Positions 29,750 through 42,375 of a stretch of 64,000 nucleotides of DNA are shown here, one piece after another. Below the pieces are notes generated by a model. It was given only the letters and a program-made list of their open reading frames with translations, made no database searches and was not told the origin of the DNA. Each line of letters starts with the position of its first letter. Position 1 is the first letter of the stretch. This DNA comes from an uncultured Spirochaetota bacterium (GTDB taxonomy: Bacteria; Spirochaetota; UBA4802; UBA5550): positions 32,001 to 96,000 of the forward strand of contig CAWHAA010000005.1 in NCBI GenBank assembly GCA_963827275.1, read 5' to 3'. The position numbers and the translations under genes were made by a program.

Positions 29750-30940
29750 ATGAAATTTTGTGACGGCGGACTCGAACAGGTTGAAGGCTTCACCTGCGGG
29801 GCGGTGGAATGCGGGATCCGCTACACGGGAAGGCTTGACTACAGCCTGATCGCCGCGGACGGGCCCTGCAACGCCGCGGGAGTATTCACCACGAACCTGG
29901 TTTCCGCGGCCCCGGTCAAGCTGTGCCGCGCCAGGATCGGCGGCCCCGTGCGGGGGATACTGATAAACGCCACCAATGCGAACGCCTGCACCGGCGACCA
30001 GGGGTCCCGGGCGGCGGAGGCGCTCACCGCCGACATTGCGACGCGGCTCGGCGCGGCGCCGGAGCAGGTGCTCATGGCGTCCACGGGCATCATCGGGCGC
30101 CAGCTCCCGCTGGAAAAGATGCTGCAGTCCCACCAGGGGCTCGTATCGTCGCTCTCCCGCGAGGGCGGCAGGCTGATCCCCCGCGCCATCATGACCACCG
30201 ACACCGTCCCGAAAGAGACATGCGTCTCCTTCACCGCGTCCGGCCGGGAATACCGGATTGCCGGTACGGCAAAGGGCTCGGGGATGATCGCGCCCAACAT
30301 GGCCACCCTCCTCTGCTTCATGATCACCGACGCCCCCCTGCGCAGGGAAGACCTCTCGGCCATATTCAGCCGCGTGATCGGGACCACGCTGAACGCCATC
30401 ACCATAGACGGCGACATGTCGACCAACGACACGGCGCTCATACTGTCGCCCCGCTCCGGCGCGCCGCTCACCGGGGACGGCGACCGCGCCGCCTTCGAGG
30501 AGGCCCTGCGCGCCGCGCTCACGCGCATCTCGGAGATGCTCATCGATGACGGCGAGGGGACGACGAAGCGCGTGCGGATCAGCGTTAAAAACGCGCGGTC
30601 CGACGGCGACGCGGCCCGGATCGCCCGGGCGATCGCCCAGTCGCTCCTGGTCAAGACCGCCTTTTTCGGCAACGACCCCAACTGGGGCAGGATCGCCGCC
30701 GCCGCCGGTTACTCCGGGGGCGCGATCGACGAGCGGAAGCTGTCGGTTTCGTTCGACAGCATGCCGCTCCTCGTCAACGGGACGCCGGCGGAATTCGACC
30801 GCGACGGGCTGGTCGCCATCATGAAAAAAAACATCTTCGAGGTGACGGTCGATGTCGGCCTCGGCACGGCGGGGCACTCCATGCTCACCACGGACATCTC
30901 GTTCGATTACGTCAGGATCAACGCCGAATACTCCACGTAA
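29750..30940 (+). CDS. argJ: Bifunctional glutamate N-acetyltransferase / amino-acid acetyltransferase
   Basis: NANACTG, ASTGIIG, IMTTDT, KGSGMIAPNMAT, DGDMSTNDT, NAEYST. Confidence 0.95.
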   Translation: MKFCDGGLEQVEGFTCGAVECGIRYTGRLDYSLIAADGPCNAAGVFTTNLVSAAPVKLCRARIGGPVRGILINATNANACTGDQGSRAAEALTADIATRLGAAPEQVLMASTGIIGRQLPLEKMLQSHQGLVSSLSREGGRLIPRAIMTTDTVPKETCVSFTASGREYRIAGTAKGSGMIAPNMATLLCFMITDAPLRREDLSAIFSRVIGTTLNAITIDGDMSTNDTALILSPRSGAPLTGDGDRAAFEEALRAALTRISEMLIDDGEGTTKRVRISVKNARSDGDAARIARAIAQSLLVKTAFFGNDPNWGRIAAAAGYSGGAIDERKLSVSFDSMPLLVNGTPAEFDRDGLVAIMKKNIFEVTVDVGLGTAGHSMLTTDISFDYVRINAEYST

Positions 30941-31036
30941 CCGGCGCGGCTGAAAACCCAATTTCAGATTGACAATAATATCCGCCCGGGCTAGAGTAAA
31001 AACCGCCCGCCGCAATGCCGTGGCGGCACAGGCCCT

Positions 31037-32188
31037 ATGCAGAAACTATCAATCATAACCGCACTGTTGGTTTTCTCATTTTCCGCCGCCGGAGCGGTTT
31101 CCGGCAGGGAGAAGGTCCTTATCTTCAACCTCGAGATAATCCACGAAAAAAGCATCCTGGTGGATCGGCACGGCAAAAACAAAGAAGAGCGGTATGACTA
31201 CTACTCCCTTATCATTCCCCATACGATCGCCAAGAACCTGAACGCGTCCGGGAACGTCGAGGCGCAGAAGATAGCCGGCACCCTTCCCCTGGCCGACATC
31301 GGCAGCGACGAGTTCTACTCGCAGATGGCGTCGATCGCGGAGCGGCACGCGGCCGGCTACCTGCTCGGCGGAAAAGGGACCATCAGGGGGAAAAAACTGA
31401 CCCTGGAGCTCGCGCTGGTCGATCCCAAGGGAAAAAGCTTCACTCCGATAACGAAGGAAACGTTTGAAACCGGCGCCGAGATGCGGGGCATCATCACCGA
31501 GCTCAGCGCCGATATAGAGCAGAAGCTTGAAGCCGCCATCAGGGAGGCCGGCCCCCCGAAAAAGGGGACGGAGCCCCTTCCGGCCGAAGAGGAGGAGGCC
31601 CGGCCCGCCCCCGGCGAAACGGAGATGAAAAAAGAGACCGCTCCCGGACCGGTGCCGGTATCGCCCTTTCTTGCAATGTACCGGGCGCTTGACGGCCTGT
31701 CGTTCGGCATCATGGCCGGCAGCTTTTTCATAAAAGGCTCCTTCCAGAAGATATACGGGGACGCGGAATATGTCAGCCCCTATATCCGGTATGGCATACT
31801 CCCGTGGCTGGGCGTTACCGCGCAGGTCGATTACCTTGCCGCCACTAACGACACCCAGTTCGTGACCAAGCACAGTTCACTGGCCCTGTGGGGCGTCTCG
31901 CTGAACGCCGACTTTACCTGGTGGCTCTTCAGCCATTTCGGGGTGAGGCTTACCGCCGGCGCCGGGGTTTCGCACGGCAGGCTGTACGTGGGGAGCGCGG
32001 ACAACCCGTTCGACGGCATCACCAGGACGACGACATCGACCGATCCGTACCTGAACATCGCCGCATCTGCCGTCATGCAGTACAGGCCCGTTGAGCTCCA
32101 ATTCGGGGGTTCGTATAAATCAGCCTTCTTCACGGGGAAGGTCCTCTCCCTCATCACCGTCTTTTTCGGCATCGGGTACCACCTCTAA
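31037..32188 (+). CDS. Exported hypothetical protein with a C-terminal beta-barrel-like domain
   Basis: Signal peptide; Pro/Glu-rich linker; C-terminal FGIGYHL. Confidence 0.7.
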   Translation: MQKLSIITALLVFSFSAAGAVSGREKVLIFNLEIIHEKSILVDRHGKNKEERYDYYSLIIPHTIAKNLNASGNVEAQKIAGTLPLADIGSDEFYSQMASIAERHAAGYLLGGKGTIRGKKLTLELALVDPKGKSFTPITKETFETGAEMRGIITELSADIEQKLEAAIREAGPPKKGTEPLPAEEEEARPAPGETEMKKETAPGPVPVSPFLAMYRALDGLSFGIMAGSFFIKGSFQKIYGDAEYVSPYIRYGILPWLGVTAQVDYLAATNDTQFVTKHSSLALWGVSLNADFTWWLFSHFGVRLTAGAGVSHGRLYVGSADNPFDGITRTTTSTDPYLNIAASAVMQYRPVELQFGGSYKSAFFTGKVLSLITVFFGIGYHL

Positions 32189-32374
32189 ACCGGCAGAAAT
32201 GATTTAATATTTTTCTTGACGTGCTGATATATTATATTAGTATGAACGTTGTTCTTTAATACGCTCAATACGCATAATTGTTAATAGAATCGGGACCGTT
32301 CCCGATTTTCTTTTTTTGGGCGGCGCCGCCGGCGCATGCGGGGCAGGCGCAATTTTTATACCGGGATATCGATT

Positions 32375-33592
32375 ATGAGCTCCAGCAAACTGAAAAAGAT
32401 CATGGCGGACGACAAAAGCTACCTGTTCCAGAACTACGGGCAACGGAAGCCGGTCTGCTTTGTCAGGGGCGAAGGCAGCCACCTCTTCGACCAGGACGGG
32501 AAAAGATACGTCGATTTCTTCTCCGGCATTGCCGTGACAAGCCTGGGATACGGCAACAAGGCCTACCGGAACGCCCTGCACCGCCAGATCGACAGCATAG
32601 TCCACAGCTCCAACCATTACTACAACCTGGAGCAGAACCTGGCGGGCAAGCTGCTTTCGGAAGTCTCGTTCCCGGGGAAGACACTCTTCGCCAACAGCGG
32701 GACCGAGGCCAGCGAGGCCGCCATCAAGCTCGCGCGCCGCTACGGGGTGAGCCAGGGAAAAGACCGGTACGAGATAATCACCTTCTCGAACTCGTTCCAC
32801 GGCAGGACCTACGGCGGCATGACCGCGACCGCGCAGAAGAAAATCCATGACGGGTTCGGCCCGCTGGTGCCGGGGTTCATCTATCTCCCGTACAATGACA
32901 TCGAGGCTTTCGCGAAAGAGGTGAAAAAAAACCGCAGCATCTGCGCGGTCATGATCGAGCTGATACAGGGAGAGGGCGGCATCGTGATCGCCGGCAGGGA
33001 GTTCGTGCGGGAGATGTTCCGCCTCTGCAGCAAGCACGGCATCCTTACCATCGTTGACGAGGTGCAGACCGGCGTCGGCAGGACCGGCGCCATGTTCAGC
33101 TACAAGCATTACGGCGTGACGCCGGACATCATCACCATGGCGAAGGGGCTGGGCGGGGGCGTGCCGATCGGCGCCATACACGCGAAAAATTTCCTGACGG
33201 GGTTCTTCCCCGGCGGCGCCCACGGCTCCACGTTCGGCGGGAACCACCTCGCCTGCGCGGCCGCCGCCGCCGTCCTGGCGCAGGTGCGCAAAAAAGGCTT
33301 CCTCGACAACGTGAACGCGGTGAGCGCGTATTTCTTCGATGCGCTGAACGCCCTCGCCAGGAAGGTCGACGTTGTGAAAGAGGTCCGCGGCATGGGCCTC
33401 CACATCGGCATCGAGCTCACAAAGCCCGGCGCGGACCTTGTTGCCGCGGCGCTGGAACAGGGCCTGGTCATCAACTGCACGGCTGAAAAAGTGATCAGGA
33501 TCATGCCTCCCCTGAACATTACCCTGAAGACCGCGCGGGAAGGCATGAAGATCTTTGAACGATTACTCATCGAAGAGGGGGGGAAACCGTGA
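32375..33592 (+). CDS. argD: Acetylornithine aminotransferase
   Basis: NSGTEASE, SFHGRT, DEVQTGVGRTG, AKGLGGG; within the arg cluster. Confidence 0.92.
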   Translation: MSSSKLKKIMADDKSYLFQNYGQRKPVCFVRGEGSHLFDQDGKRYVDFFSGIAVTSLGYGNKAYRNALHRQIDSIVHSSNHYYNLEQNLAGKLLSEVSFPGKTLFANSGTEASEAAIKLARRYGVSQGKDRYEIITFSNSFHGRTYGGMTATAQKKIHDGFGPLVPGFIYLPYNDIEAFAKEVKKNRSICAVMIELIQGEGGIVIAGREFVREMFRLCSKHGILTIVDEVQTGVGRTGAMFSYKHYGVTPDIITMAKGLGGGVPIGAIHAKNFLTGFFPGGAHGSTFGGNHLACAAAAAVLAQVRKKGFLDNVNAVSAYFFDALNALARKVDVVKEVRGMGLHIGIELTKPGADLVAAALEQGLVINCTAEKVIRIMPPLNITLKTAREGMKIFERLLIEEGGKP

Positions 33593-34533
33593 AAATTCCA
33601 GGACTCAAATCAAAAGACCTGGTGACAGTGAGCGACCTGACCAGGAACGAGATACTGGCGCTGTTCAGCCTGACCGCCGGCCTCAAGAGGGACGCGGCCA
33701 GGGGCAGGCACCCGGACTTCTTGAACAAGAAATCGCTCGCGATGATCTTCGAGAAGAGCTCCACGCGCACCAGGGTGTCGTTCGAGACCGGGGTCACCCA
33801 GCTCGGGGGGCACGCGCTCTTCCTCGACGGCAACAGCATACAGCTGCGGCGCGGGGAAACCATCTTCGATACCGCCAAGGTGCTCTCCCGCTACGTTGAC
33901 GGCATCATGATACGGACCTATTCGCACGACAACGTGGTCGAGCTGGCGAAAAGCGCCACCGTGCCGGTGATCAACGGGCTCAGCGACGAGCACCACCCGT
34001 GCCAGGCCCTGGCGGACTTCTTCACCATATACGAGCGGGAGAAAAAGTTCAAGGGAGTGAACCTCGCGTACGTCGGGGACGGGAACAACGTCGCCCATTC
34101 GCTGATACAGTGCGCGGCCATACTCGGCGTGAACATTACGCTGGCCTGCCCGGCGCAGTACGAGCCCGACCCTGACATCGTGGAGGACGCACGGCAGGCC
34201 GCGTCACGCTCCGGCTCGACCGTGGAGATAACCCGGGACCCGGAAAAGGCGGTCAGCGACGCGCACTACATCTACACCGATGTGTGGATCAGCATGGGCG
34301 AGGAAAAAAAGGCGGCGGCCAAGAAAAAGGCGCTGGCGAGGTACAAGATCACCAAGGAGCTCCTCAGCAAGGGACGGGCCGACTCCAAGGTGATGCACTG
34401 CCTCCCCGCGCACCGCAACGAGGAGATCGAGGCGGACGTCCTCGACTCGGGCCGGGCCATCGTTTTCGATGAGGCGGAAAACCGGCTCCACGTGCAGAAG
34501 GCGGTGATGTGCGCCCTGATGGGGAGGCGCTGA
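33589..34533 (+). CDS. argF: Ornithine carbamoyltransferase
   Basis: SSTRTRVSFE, HPCQ, HCLP. Confidence 0.95.
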   Translation: MKIPGLKSKDLVTVSDLTRNEILALFSLTAGLKRDAARGRHPDFLNKKSLAMIFEKSSTRTRVSFETGVTQLGGHALFLDGNSIQLRRGETIFDTAKVLSRYVDGIMIRTYSHDNVVELAKSATVPVINGLSDEHHPCQALADFFTIYEREKKFKGVNLAYVGDGNNVAHSLIQCAAILGVNITLACPAQYEPDPDIVEDARQAASRSGSTVEITRDPEKAVSDAHYIYTDVWISMGEEKKAAAKKKALARYKITKELLSKGRADSKVMHCLPAHRNEEIEADVLDSGRAIVFDEAENRLHVQKAVMCALMGRR

Positions 34534-34857
34534 CCGGCGCGGCGTTTCCATCCGTATCGGCATTACAACATAGGTGATGCCGCTCCACTGGAGGCGCCGC
34601 TGGATCGCGCAGGCAGTCTCATTCGAGTACATGGCCACCAGCGCCGAAATCGTGCCACGGGCATAAAAGAGCACCCCCAGGGCCGCCACAGATAGAATGC
34701 ATGCGTCAATCCCAAGCATATGCGCCGTTTTTAATGCTATCATGATCACGGGAGTTGCGGCGTTCAGCTCCCGGCCCTGAAAAAAACCGTTTTTTTCATT
34801 GAAAAAATATCGCTTTGGAACACGCTTGGCAGGTGCAATTATTAAGCGAGGTAAACT

Positions 34858-36060
<1,203 letters not shown>

Positions 36061-36071
36061 CGGCAGCAGGA

Positions 36072-36111
36072 CCGATAGTTATCGGTTGCGGCCCTCACCG
36101 ATAACTATCGG
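36072..36111. repeat. Inverted repeat of a quasi-palindromic 15-mer; a third copy lies at 42295-42309
   Basis: CCGATAGTTATCGGT-N10-ACCGATAACTATCGG. Confidence 0.7.
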
Positions 36112-36326
36112 ACGAAGGCGGCGTTACGGGACCCCGCCTTCCGTTTAAACAGGCCCGCGAGGGGGCCTGTCCAGACAGGTGATATTTTTTCAATTTTTTT
36201 AAATATATAAAAATTTTTCCGCCCTTTCCCTTATAAAACGACACGTTACTATTGACACTCCCCTGATGAATCGGGGGAGCGGTCTGCATTTATTTTTATA
36301 AAATTTTATATGGAGGGAATAACAGA

Positions 36327-38126
36327 ATGAGAAAATTGCCCGGGTCTCTGGTTGTTTTCCTGTTTATCATGATAGCGGGGGGCTGCTATTACGATATCGG
36401 GAACATGGACAATGAATCTGCCACTGTCGACGAAAATCAATATATCAGCGGCATCATATTGAAAGTAAAGGACGGGGAGTCACTCTCCTCGAGCCAGCTT
36501 GCCCCCCTTCCCATGGATACGGCATCGATAGGGACGCTTTTGAAGGGCCGGAAGGCGCACTCAATACGCCGGCTTGTACCGGATACCGTAATCGAGGGGT
36601 TCCGGAACAGGGCCCGGCGCACCGGGATCATTTCAGCACGGATGATCGAAAAAAGGGCGGAGTCGAAAAAAAGACTGCACCTGGTACAGGTTGACAAGCT
36701 CACTCTGGAACAAGCGAAGGAGATCTGCCGGGAACTTCAAAACGATCCCCGCGTGGAATACGCCGAGCCTGACCACAGCGTCTATGCCACGGAAACGTTC
36801 CCTGATGATCCGAATTTCATGTACGGCTATCAGTGGAGCCTGTTTACGCTTGACATGTATGACGCATGGGACCACACCACCGGCTCCGCGGATGTTATCG
36901 TGGCGGTCATTGACACCGGCGTGGACTATACCCATCCGGACCTTGCCGGCAACTGCATGGCGGGCTATGATTATAGGAATAACGATCCGGACCCCATGGA
37001 TGACCACTTTCACGGGACACACGTTGCAGGCATCATCGGGGCGATGGGAAACAACGGCTTCGGCAACACGGGTATTGCATGGCGCGTGCGCATCATGCCC
37101 CTCAAGTTCATGTCGCTGGTGCCTGAAACAGACAAAAATTACATGTACGGGAGCGCCAGCGGGTCTATTTCAAGCGCCATATCATGCATCAACTACGCTA
37201 TCAGCAACGGGGCGGACATCATCAACGCGAGCTACGGCTCCTACACCTTTAACGCCGCCGAACGGGAGGCCATTCTTGACGCCCGGGACGCGGGGATACT
37301 CTTCGTCGCGGCTGCCGGCAACGGTACCGGGGATGATGATCCGGCGGGGGACAACACCGATACCATGCCTCACTATCCTGCGAGCTACAACGTGGACAAT
37401 ATCATCTCTGTGGCGTCCTCGACAAACGTCGATACCCTGGCAAGCTATTCAAACTACGGGGCCGCCTCGGTGGACCTTGCCGCGCCGGGGTCCGGCATTT
37501 ACTCGACAACGCCCATGACCCTGACAACGTCAATGGATCTTGCCGACGTAGCAGCGCAATGGGCATCACTGGGCGGGACCTCCATGGCATCGCCGCACGT
37601 TGCGGGGGTGGCCGCGCTCATCAAGTCACTCCGGCCCGAATTCAGCTATGCCGACATAAAGCACTGCATCCTGCACGGGGTAGAGGAGAATTCCTACTTC
37701 TCGGGCAAGGTCCTCACCGACGGACGGCTGAATGGCCATAACAGCGTATTGTACGCATCGACCTATACACGGCCGGCCCCCTCGGACATCGCCTTCACCT
37801 TGCCGCCTAACGGGACCTATACAACCCCCTGGCAGTGGCTCGGCCTCAGCACGAAACCGCTGGTGCTCAAATTCACGGTTGACAGCGCGTACCCCGTGGC
37901 TGCGTTTTCGAACGCCCAGTATGTGAGCGGAAACACCTACAGTGTTACGCTGCCTACCACCTATTCGATCAACGGCGTCAACACCCATGAGCTCCTGGTG
38001 AGCTTTGTGGACAACCGGGGGTACATCAAGGAATTCAAGGTCAGCTATTCTGTTAAAATTTCCCTGGGCTACCTGATATACCACTATGTATACAGGAACA
38101 AAATCACCTATACGTTCATACAATAA
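36327..38126 (+). CDS. S8 (subtilisin-like) serine peptidase, probable lipoprotein
   Basis: VIDTGVD, HGTHVAG, GTSMASPHVAG triad; AGGC lipobox. Confidence 0.92.
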   Translation: MRKLPGSLVVFLFIMIAGGCYYDIGNMDNESATVDENQYISGIILKVKDGESLSSSQLAPLPMDTASIGTLLKGRKAHSIRRLVPDTVIEGFRNRARRTGIISARMIEKRAESKKRLHLVQVDKLTLEQAKEICRELQNDPRVEYAEPDHSVYATETFPDDPNFMYGYQWSLFTLDMYDAWDHTTGSADVIVAVIDTGVDYTHPDLAGNCMAGYDYRNNDPDPMDDHFHGTHVAGIIGAMGNNGFGNTGIAWRVRIMPLKFMSLVPETDKNYMYGSASGSISSAISCINYAISNGADIINASYGSYTFNAAEREAILDARDAGILFVAAAGNGTGDDDPAGDNTDTMPHYPASYNVDNIISVASSTNVDTLASYSNYGAASVDLAAPGSGIYSTTPMTLTTSMDLADVAAQWASLGGTSMASPHVAGVAALIKSLRPEFSYADIKHCILHGVEENSYFSGKVLTDGRLNGHNSVLYASTYTRPAPSDIAFTLPPNGTYTTPWQWLGLSTKPLVLKFTVDSAYPVAAFSNAQYVSGNTYSVTLPTTYSINGVNTHELLVSFVDNRGYIKEFKVSYSVKISLGYLIYHYVYRNKITYTFIQ

Positions 38127-38288
38127 AAGTTCAACCTTATTATTCCAGGCGCGGGCGTCCTTCCACGGATGCCCGCGCCACGGCCCTTCCACCGTCAGCC
38201 TTAAAAATAGGTTGACTCCACCGGTTTAACGGCCTATCGTCAATGAATCATCTTTCACGATATTTGTCCCGGGCATAATCATCACCTT

Positions 38289-38894
38289 ATGAAAAAAATC
38301 CTGATCGTCATTGCAATCGCCGCAATTGTATCGGGTGGATACAGGACGCACGCAGCCGATAATCCGGTGAAGCCCGAAGAGCAAAAAAAGACCGAAAGGC
38401 CCCTCTCCCGGGGCTCTGCCGGCGTCCTGTGCGGCATCACCATGGCCGGCGTGCAGGCGGAATACACCCCCCTGCCGGAACTCGGGATCAGGGCAGTGGG
38501 GCTCGGCGTCTTCGGCGCCGGTTTCAACAAGATGAACAGAGGTGAATTCATCCTGTCCGGCATCCTTGCGCCCGTCCTCCACCTGGCGCCGAAATCACGG
38601 ATCATCGACCCGCTCCTCATGATCGGCCTGGTCTATTCATACCACCACTGGGAGACACGGGCATCCGAACTCGGCATCAACCGGCGAACAGCAGTCCGCG
38701 AGGGTGCCATGCACGATGTCACCGTCGGCGCCGGCTTCGGCATACTGTTCAGGTTCGCTGACCGCTTCAAGGCCGGGCTGACACTGTGGCTCAACTACGA
38801 TTACGGGGTCGAAACCACACTGACGTTCAGGAAAAAAAAGGGGAACCGGTTATTGTTCCCCTTCCCGATCGCGGAATGTACCGTACAATTTTGA
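38289..38894 (+). CDS. Exported hypothetical protein, outer-membrane-like
   Basis: Signal peptide; C-terminal Phe. Confidence 0.65.
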   Translation: MKKILIVIAIAAIVSGGYRTHAADNPVKPEEQKKTERPLSRGSAGVLCGITMAGVQAEYTPLPELGIRAVGLGVFGAGFNKMNRGEFILSGILAPVLHLAPKSRIIDPLLMIGLVYSYHHWETRASELGINRRTAVREGAMHDVTVGAGFGILFRFADRFKAGLTLWLNYDYGVETTLTFRKKKGNRLLFPFPIAECTVQF

Positions 38895-38915
38895 AATAGA
38901 CAACGGAGGCCGGGC

Positions 38916-40056
38916 ATGAACAGCAACCGCACCGCTCGATATCAGGGGCCCCGCATAAAACGCCGTCATGCGGCCCTGTTTGCAGTCATGATGATGGCTT
39001 CCTGCATCGGGCCGGCAGAGACCGCCCCGCCGGCCCGCACGGGTCCCGCGGCCAGCCCCGTCAATGCTGCGCCGAAGCCGCTATACGCCAGGAGCAACCG
39101 TCCCCGTTCCCGGCACCTTCTATTCAATGGCCGCCAGCGCTCCCGGCGACGTCGTGTACCTCGCCGGGGACCTGCCGGTGATCATCTCGGTCCCGCACGG
39201 CGGCTCGCTCTCGCCCGACATCCCCTCCCGCGCCAAGCGGTGCAGCATCATCAACACGAACGACGATGACGCCACCATCGACCTTGCGCTGGACATCGTG
39301 AAGGCAATCAGGAACGCCACGGGCGGGGGATACCCTCACGTTATCATGAACAACCTCTCCAGGACGAAGATCGACCAGAACAGGGACCGGGGCCAGGACT
39401 GCAATCCGACCACGGGCAGGGGCGGAGCGGCGTGGACGGACTTCCATGACCGCTTTATCGGCGCGGTCGCGATTCCCGCGGTCCTGAAAAAGCACGGCTC
39501 CGGCCTGTTCATCGACCTCCACGGCAAGCCGGACGGATACGGGTCTGACATCATCATCGGCTACAACCTGACCGCGGCGGAGCTGTCGAATTCCGACAGG
39601 CACCTCAACACCGGGAAGAAATCCTACGCTGACAAGAGCAGCATACGCTTTTTGTCGAAAAAGCTCGGCGCGGCGGTCGATTTCGCGGACCTGCTTCGCG
39701 GCGACAGGACCGGCCATGAAAGCTTCGGTCATCTCCTGCAGAAGGAGCTGCATGCGCCCGGCACGACACGGGGAAGGAAGTACCGCGTGTCTCCCCGTCC
39801 CGGGCTTAAAAAGCCGCTGCTGAACCTGAGCGGCGGGTACAACATCAAGGCGTTCTGCGGCGTGAGGGACGGCTCTTTCAACAACCCGTACGGGTACAAT
39901 GAATCGCGCTTCATAAGCGGTTTCCAGATTGAAGTAAGCCGCGGTCTCCGGGTGAGGGACGCGCGACTGCGGGAGGAATTCGCCCGGGCGCTCGCGGCGG
40001 CGGTCATCACCTACGTGGAGCGGAATTTCGGCATAGCGATGCGGCCGGCTGATTGA
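38916..40056 (+). CDS. N-formylglutamate amidohydrolase-like lipoprotein (frameshift near 39100)
   Basis: IISVPHGG, IDQNR, IDLHG, GGY, FQIE motifs; signal peptide lies in the upstream frame. Confidence 0.65.
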
Positions 40057-40073
40057 CGTGAGCGGATGGGACC

Positions 40074-41021
40074 CTACACCCCCTTCACGTCGCTTTCCGC
40101 CTCGCTCGGAGAAAAATCGATATTCACCATCAGGCCGGCGGTCACGCCGTAGAAATGCTCCCAGAGGCTCCGCTGCCGCCTGACGGATTCGCTGGCATCG
40201 CTATCAAGGAGCTTGAACATCTGGTAGCGGAACCCCGCCGTAAGCGTCGTCCTGATGGGACGGATATAATAGGCGAACGCCGCGCTCGCGTTGCACCCGA
40301 TTTTGTTCAGCGACGTGTCTGACGGCGTCGCCGGGAACAGCAGTATCATGCTGGGATGGAAAAATACCGACTTGACCCTCGTCTCAAGCCGCGTGAAGTT
40401 GTAAATCACCGATCCGTTTATGAGAAGATAAAAGCTCCCCTTGACCAGCGGAATGGTGAAACCGAGGCCCAGTCCCGGCGCGTATTCGTCATATTTCTTT
40501 TTGATATCATCATACATCAAATAGCCCGTGGGATACTGTCCCCAGGGCAGGATCCCGCGTATCTTGTAATCATAATGGATGTACTTGAAGCCAAGGAACA
40601 GATGGAAAAAATTCGTGATGGAATAACTGATCATCGAATCGCTGTCATACCGCCTTATCTTTAAAGAAGTCCTGTTAACCATCCAGGCATAAATCAGGAC
40701 CGAGCCATACCCCTTCCCCGAGCCGGAGAATTCACCATACATAAAAGAAGAGCTTATCTTGAAGTGCTTCGGCAGGGAGAGTGACACCGCGGGGCCGTAT
40801 AATATTGACGGGTCCATGCTGTTCTTTTCATGGTAGTACGTGAGCGCCCCATTGCGGGGAAACCCTCCCCACGATTTCGTGAAATGGGAATTTTTGCCCC
40901 AGTACGGCTGCCACCAGACACGCCAGACAGAGCCGCCCAGTCCCAGGGAAACGGCCTGCGCGGGAATATGCAACCCGATGACAAGCGCCACTCCTGTTGC
41001 GGCGATCAGCAATTTTTTCAT
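40074..41021 (-). CDS. Exported hypothetical protein, outer-membrane beta-barrel-like
   Basis: Signal peptide; amphipathic beta strands. Confidence 0.7.
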   Translation of the reverse strand: MKKLLIAATGVALVIGLHIPAQAVSLGLGGSVWRVWWQPYWGKNSHFTKSWGGFPRNGALTYYHEKNSMDPSILYGPAVSLSLPKHFKISSSFMYGEFSGSGKGYGSVLIYAWMVNRTSLKIRRYDSDSMISYSITNFFHLFLGFKYIHYDYKIRGILPWGQYPTGYLMYDDIKKKYDEYAPGLGLGFTIPLVKGSFYLLINGSVIYNFTRLETRVKSVFFHPSMILLFPATPSDTSLNKIGCNASAAFAYYIRPIRTTLTAGFRYQMFKLLDSDASESVRRQRSLWEHFYGVTAGLMVNIDFSPSEAESDVKGV

Positions 41022-41036
41022 AAAACGCTCCTGTTA

Positions 41037-41564
41037 TTACAGACCCGGCATATGGTCAACCGGCTCATCGGTAAAATCACCCTTCTCCTTGCGTTCTTTC
41101 CCGGAAGCCGGCGGCGCCTTCACGGTTTCACCAGGCGCGGAGACGCGCGCGGGCCGTTCCGGGGCAGCGCCGGCCTCCTTTTTCTGCGCGGACGGCGCGT
41201 GCCGTTCCGGCGCGGCTGCCGCTTCACGCCGCGGCTCCGGCCGTTCAGGGGGAGGCGGCTTCAGACCGGACACCGCAACATACGCGCCGGCGGAGACCAG
41301 GCCGGCGGTGAGCGCCGAAAGCGCCGCGGCAATTACCGCGCTCTGCGCCATGGTAACGTTCACGCCGCACCGCTTCAGGAAAAAAAACAGGTGCGAAACA
41401 ATGAGCAGCAGCAGCGACGAGGCCCCCGCACGCTTGACTGTTTTCCTGTACTGCTGCTTCTTTACCGTCATGATGCGCCGGCGCACCGCCGGGGGGACCG
41501 GCCTGTTAAGGCGGTATTTTTCCAGAATCTTATTGAACAATGCTGCGATGGGGAGCTCTTTCAT
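41037..41564 (-). CDS. Membrane protein, putative anti-sigma partner
   Basis: Overlaps the ECF sigma stop; contains TM segments. Confidence 0.55.
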   Translation of the reverse strand: MKELPIAALFNKILEKYRLNRPVPPAVRRRIMTVKKQQYRKTVKRAGASSLLLLIVSHLFFFLKRCGVNVTMAQSAVIAAALSALTAGLVSAGAYVAVSGLKPPPPERPEPRREAAAAPERHAPSAQKKEAGAAPERPARVSAPGETVKAPPASGKERKEKGDFTDEPVDHMPGL

Positions 41565-42088
41565 AGCAGGTCCTCCAGTTGTGCAATGCCTTTCCCCCTG
41601 AAATACGCGGTGATCCTCTCAAGTATCAGGCCATACCGGTACCGCGCCTGCGTCCTGCTGTAGCCGAGCTGGGCGCCCGCTTCCTCATAGGAAAAATTCA
41701 TGACGGCGATAAGCTCAAAGAGCGTCCGCTCCCGTTCATCCGTAAAGTTGCCGGAATGCTCGATGGCCTCATTGATCATGATCCTGGTGTCCCTGAAACC
41801 GTTCACGAACACGAGCCCCGAATCGTCATCAATATCATCGATGCTGACGTCATGACGCCCCTTTTTGCGGTAATAATTCAAGAGCACAAACTTCATCGTT
41901 CCGTAAAGCCATTTGCGCTGGTTATCGATTTCATCAATTTTATTCAAAAAGTGAATAAAAATCTCCTGGCAGAGGTCTTCCGTGTCATCAGCATTCCCGA
42001 TCTTTCTATAGACAACGCCATAGAGAAGCGGGAAATAATCATTATAGGCCTCTGTGAACCGGCTGCTTCTTGAGAATGACGATGACAA
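41561..42088 (-). CDS. ECF-type RNA polymerase sigma factor
   Basis: DTEDLCQEIF, KWLY, FSYEEAGAQLG. Confidence 0.85.
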   Translation of the reverse strand: MSSSFSRSSRFTEAYNDYFPLLYGVVYRKIGNADDTEDLCQEIFIHFLNKIDEIDNQRKWLYGTMKFVLLNYYRKKGRHDVSIDDIDDDSGLVFVNGFRDTRIMINEAIEHSGNFTDERERTLFELIAVMNFSYEEAGAQLGYSRTQARYRYGLILERITAYFRGKGIAQLEDLL

Positions 42089-42375
42089 ACAACCCTTCCT
42101 TGACTAAGTGTCGTGAAACATGATTAATGAAAAAATATTTTGCAGTATTGAATGAAATTGTGCGGGTCATCCTCCGGTTTTTCCCGGGAATTCCCGTCGA
42201 AAACGATTTTTTGTGCAACATTGTATTTTGATGTTCGATATTTTGCAAGATAAATAATTTACTCTGACCCCGGGGACATACTGCGAGCCAGGCTACCGAT
42301 AACTATCGGCGTTAAAAATCGGGCAGATCCAATAAAAATCCTTGCCAATCAAGGCCGTCCTGCAACAATATCCGC

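Noticed and set aside
34534..34857. Small minus-strand membrane ORF or riboswitch between argF and argG
   Set aside because: No RBS, the frame runs into antisense argF, and no RNA motif was recognised
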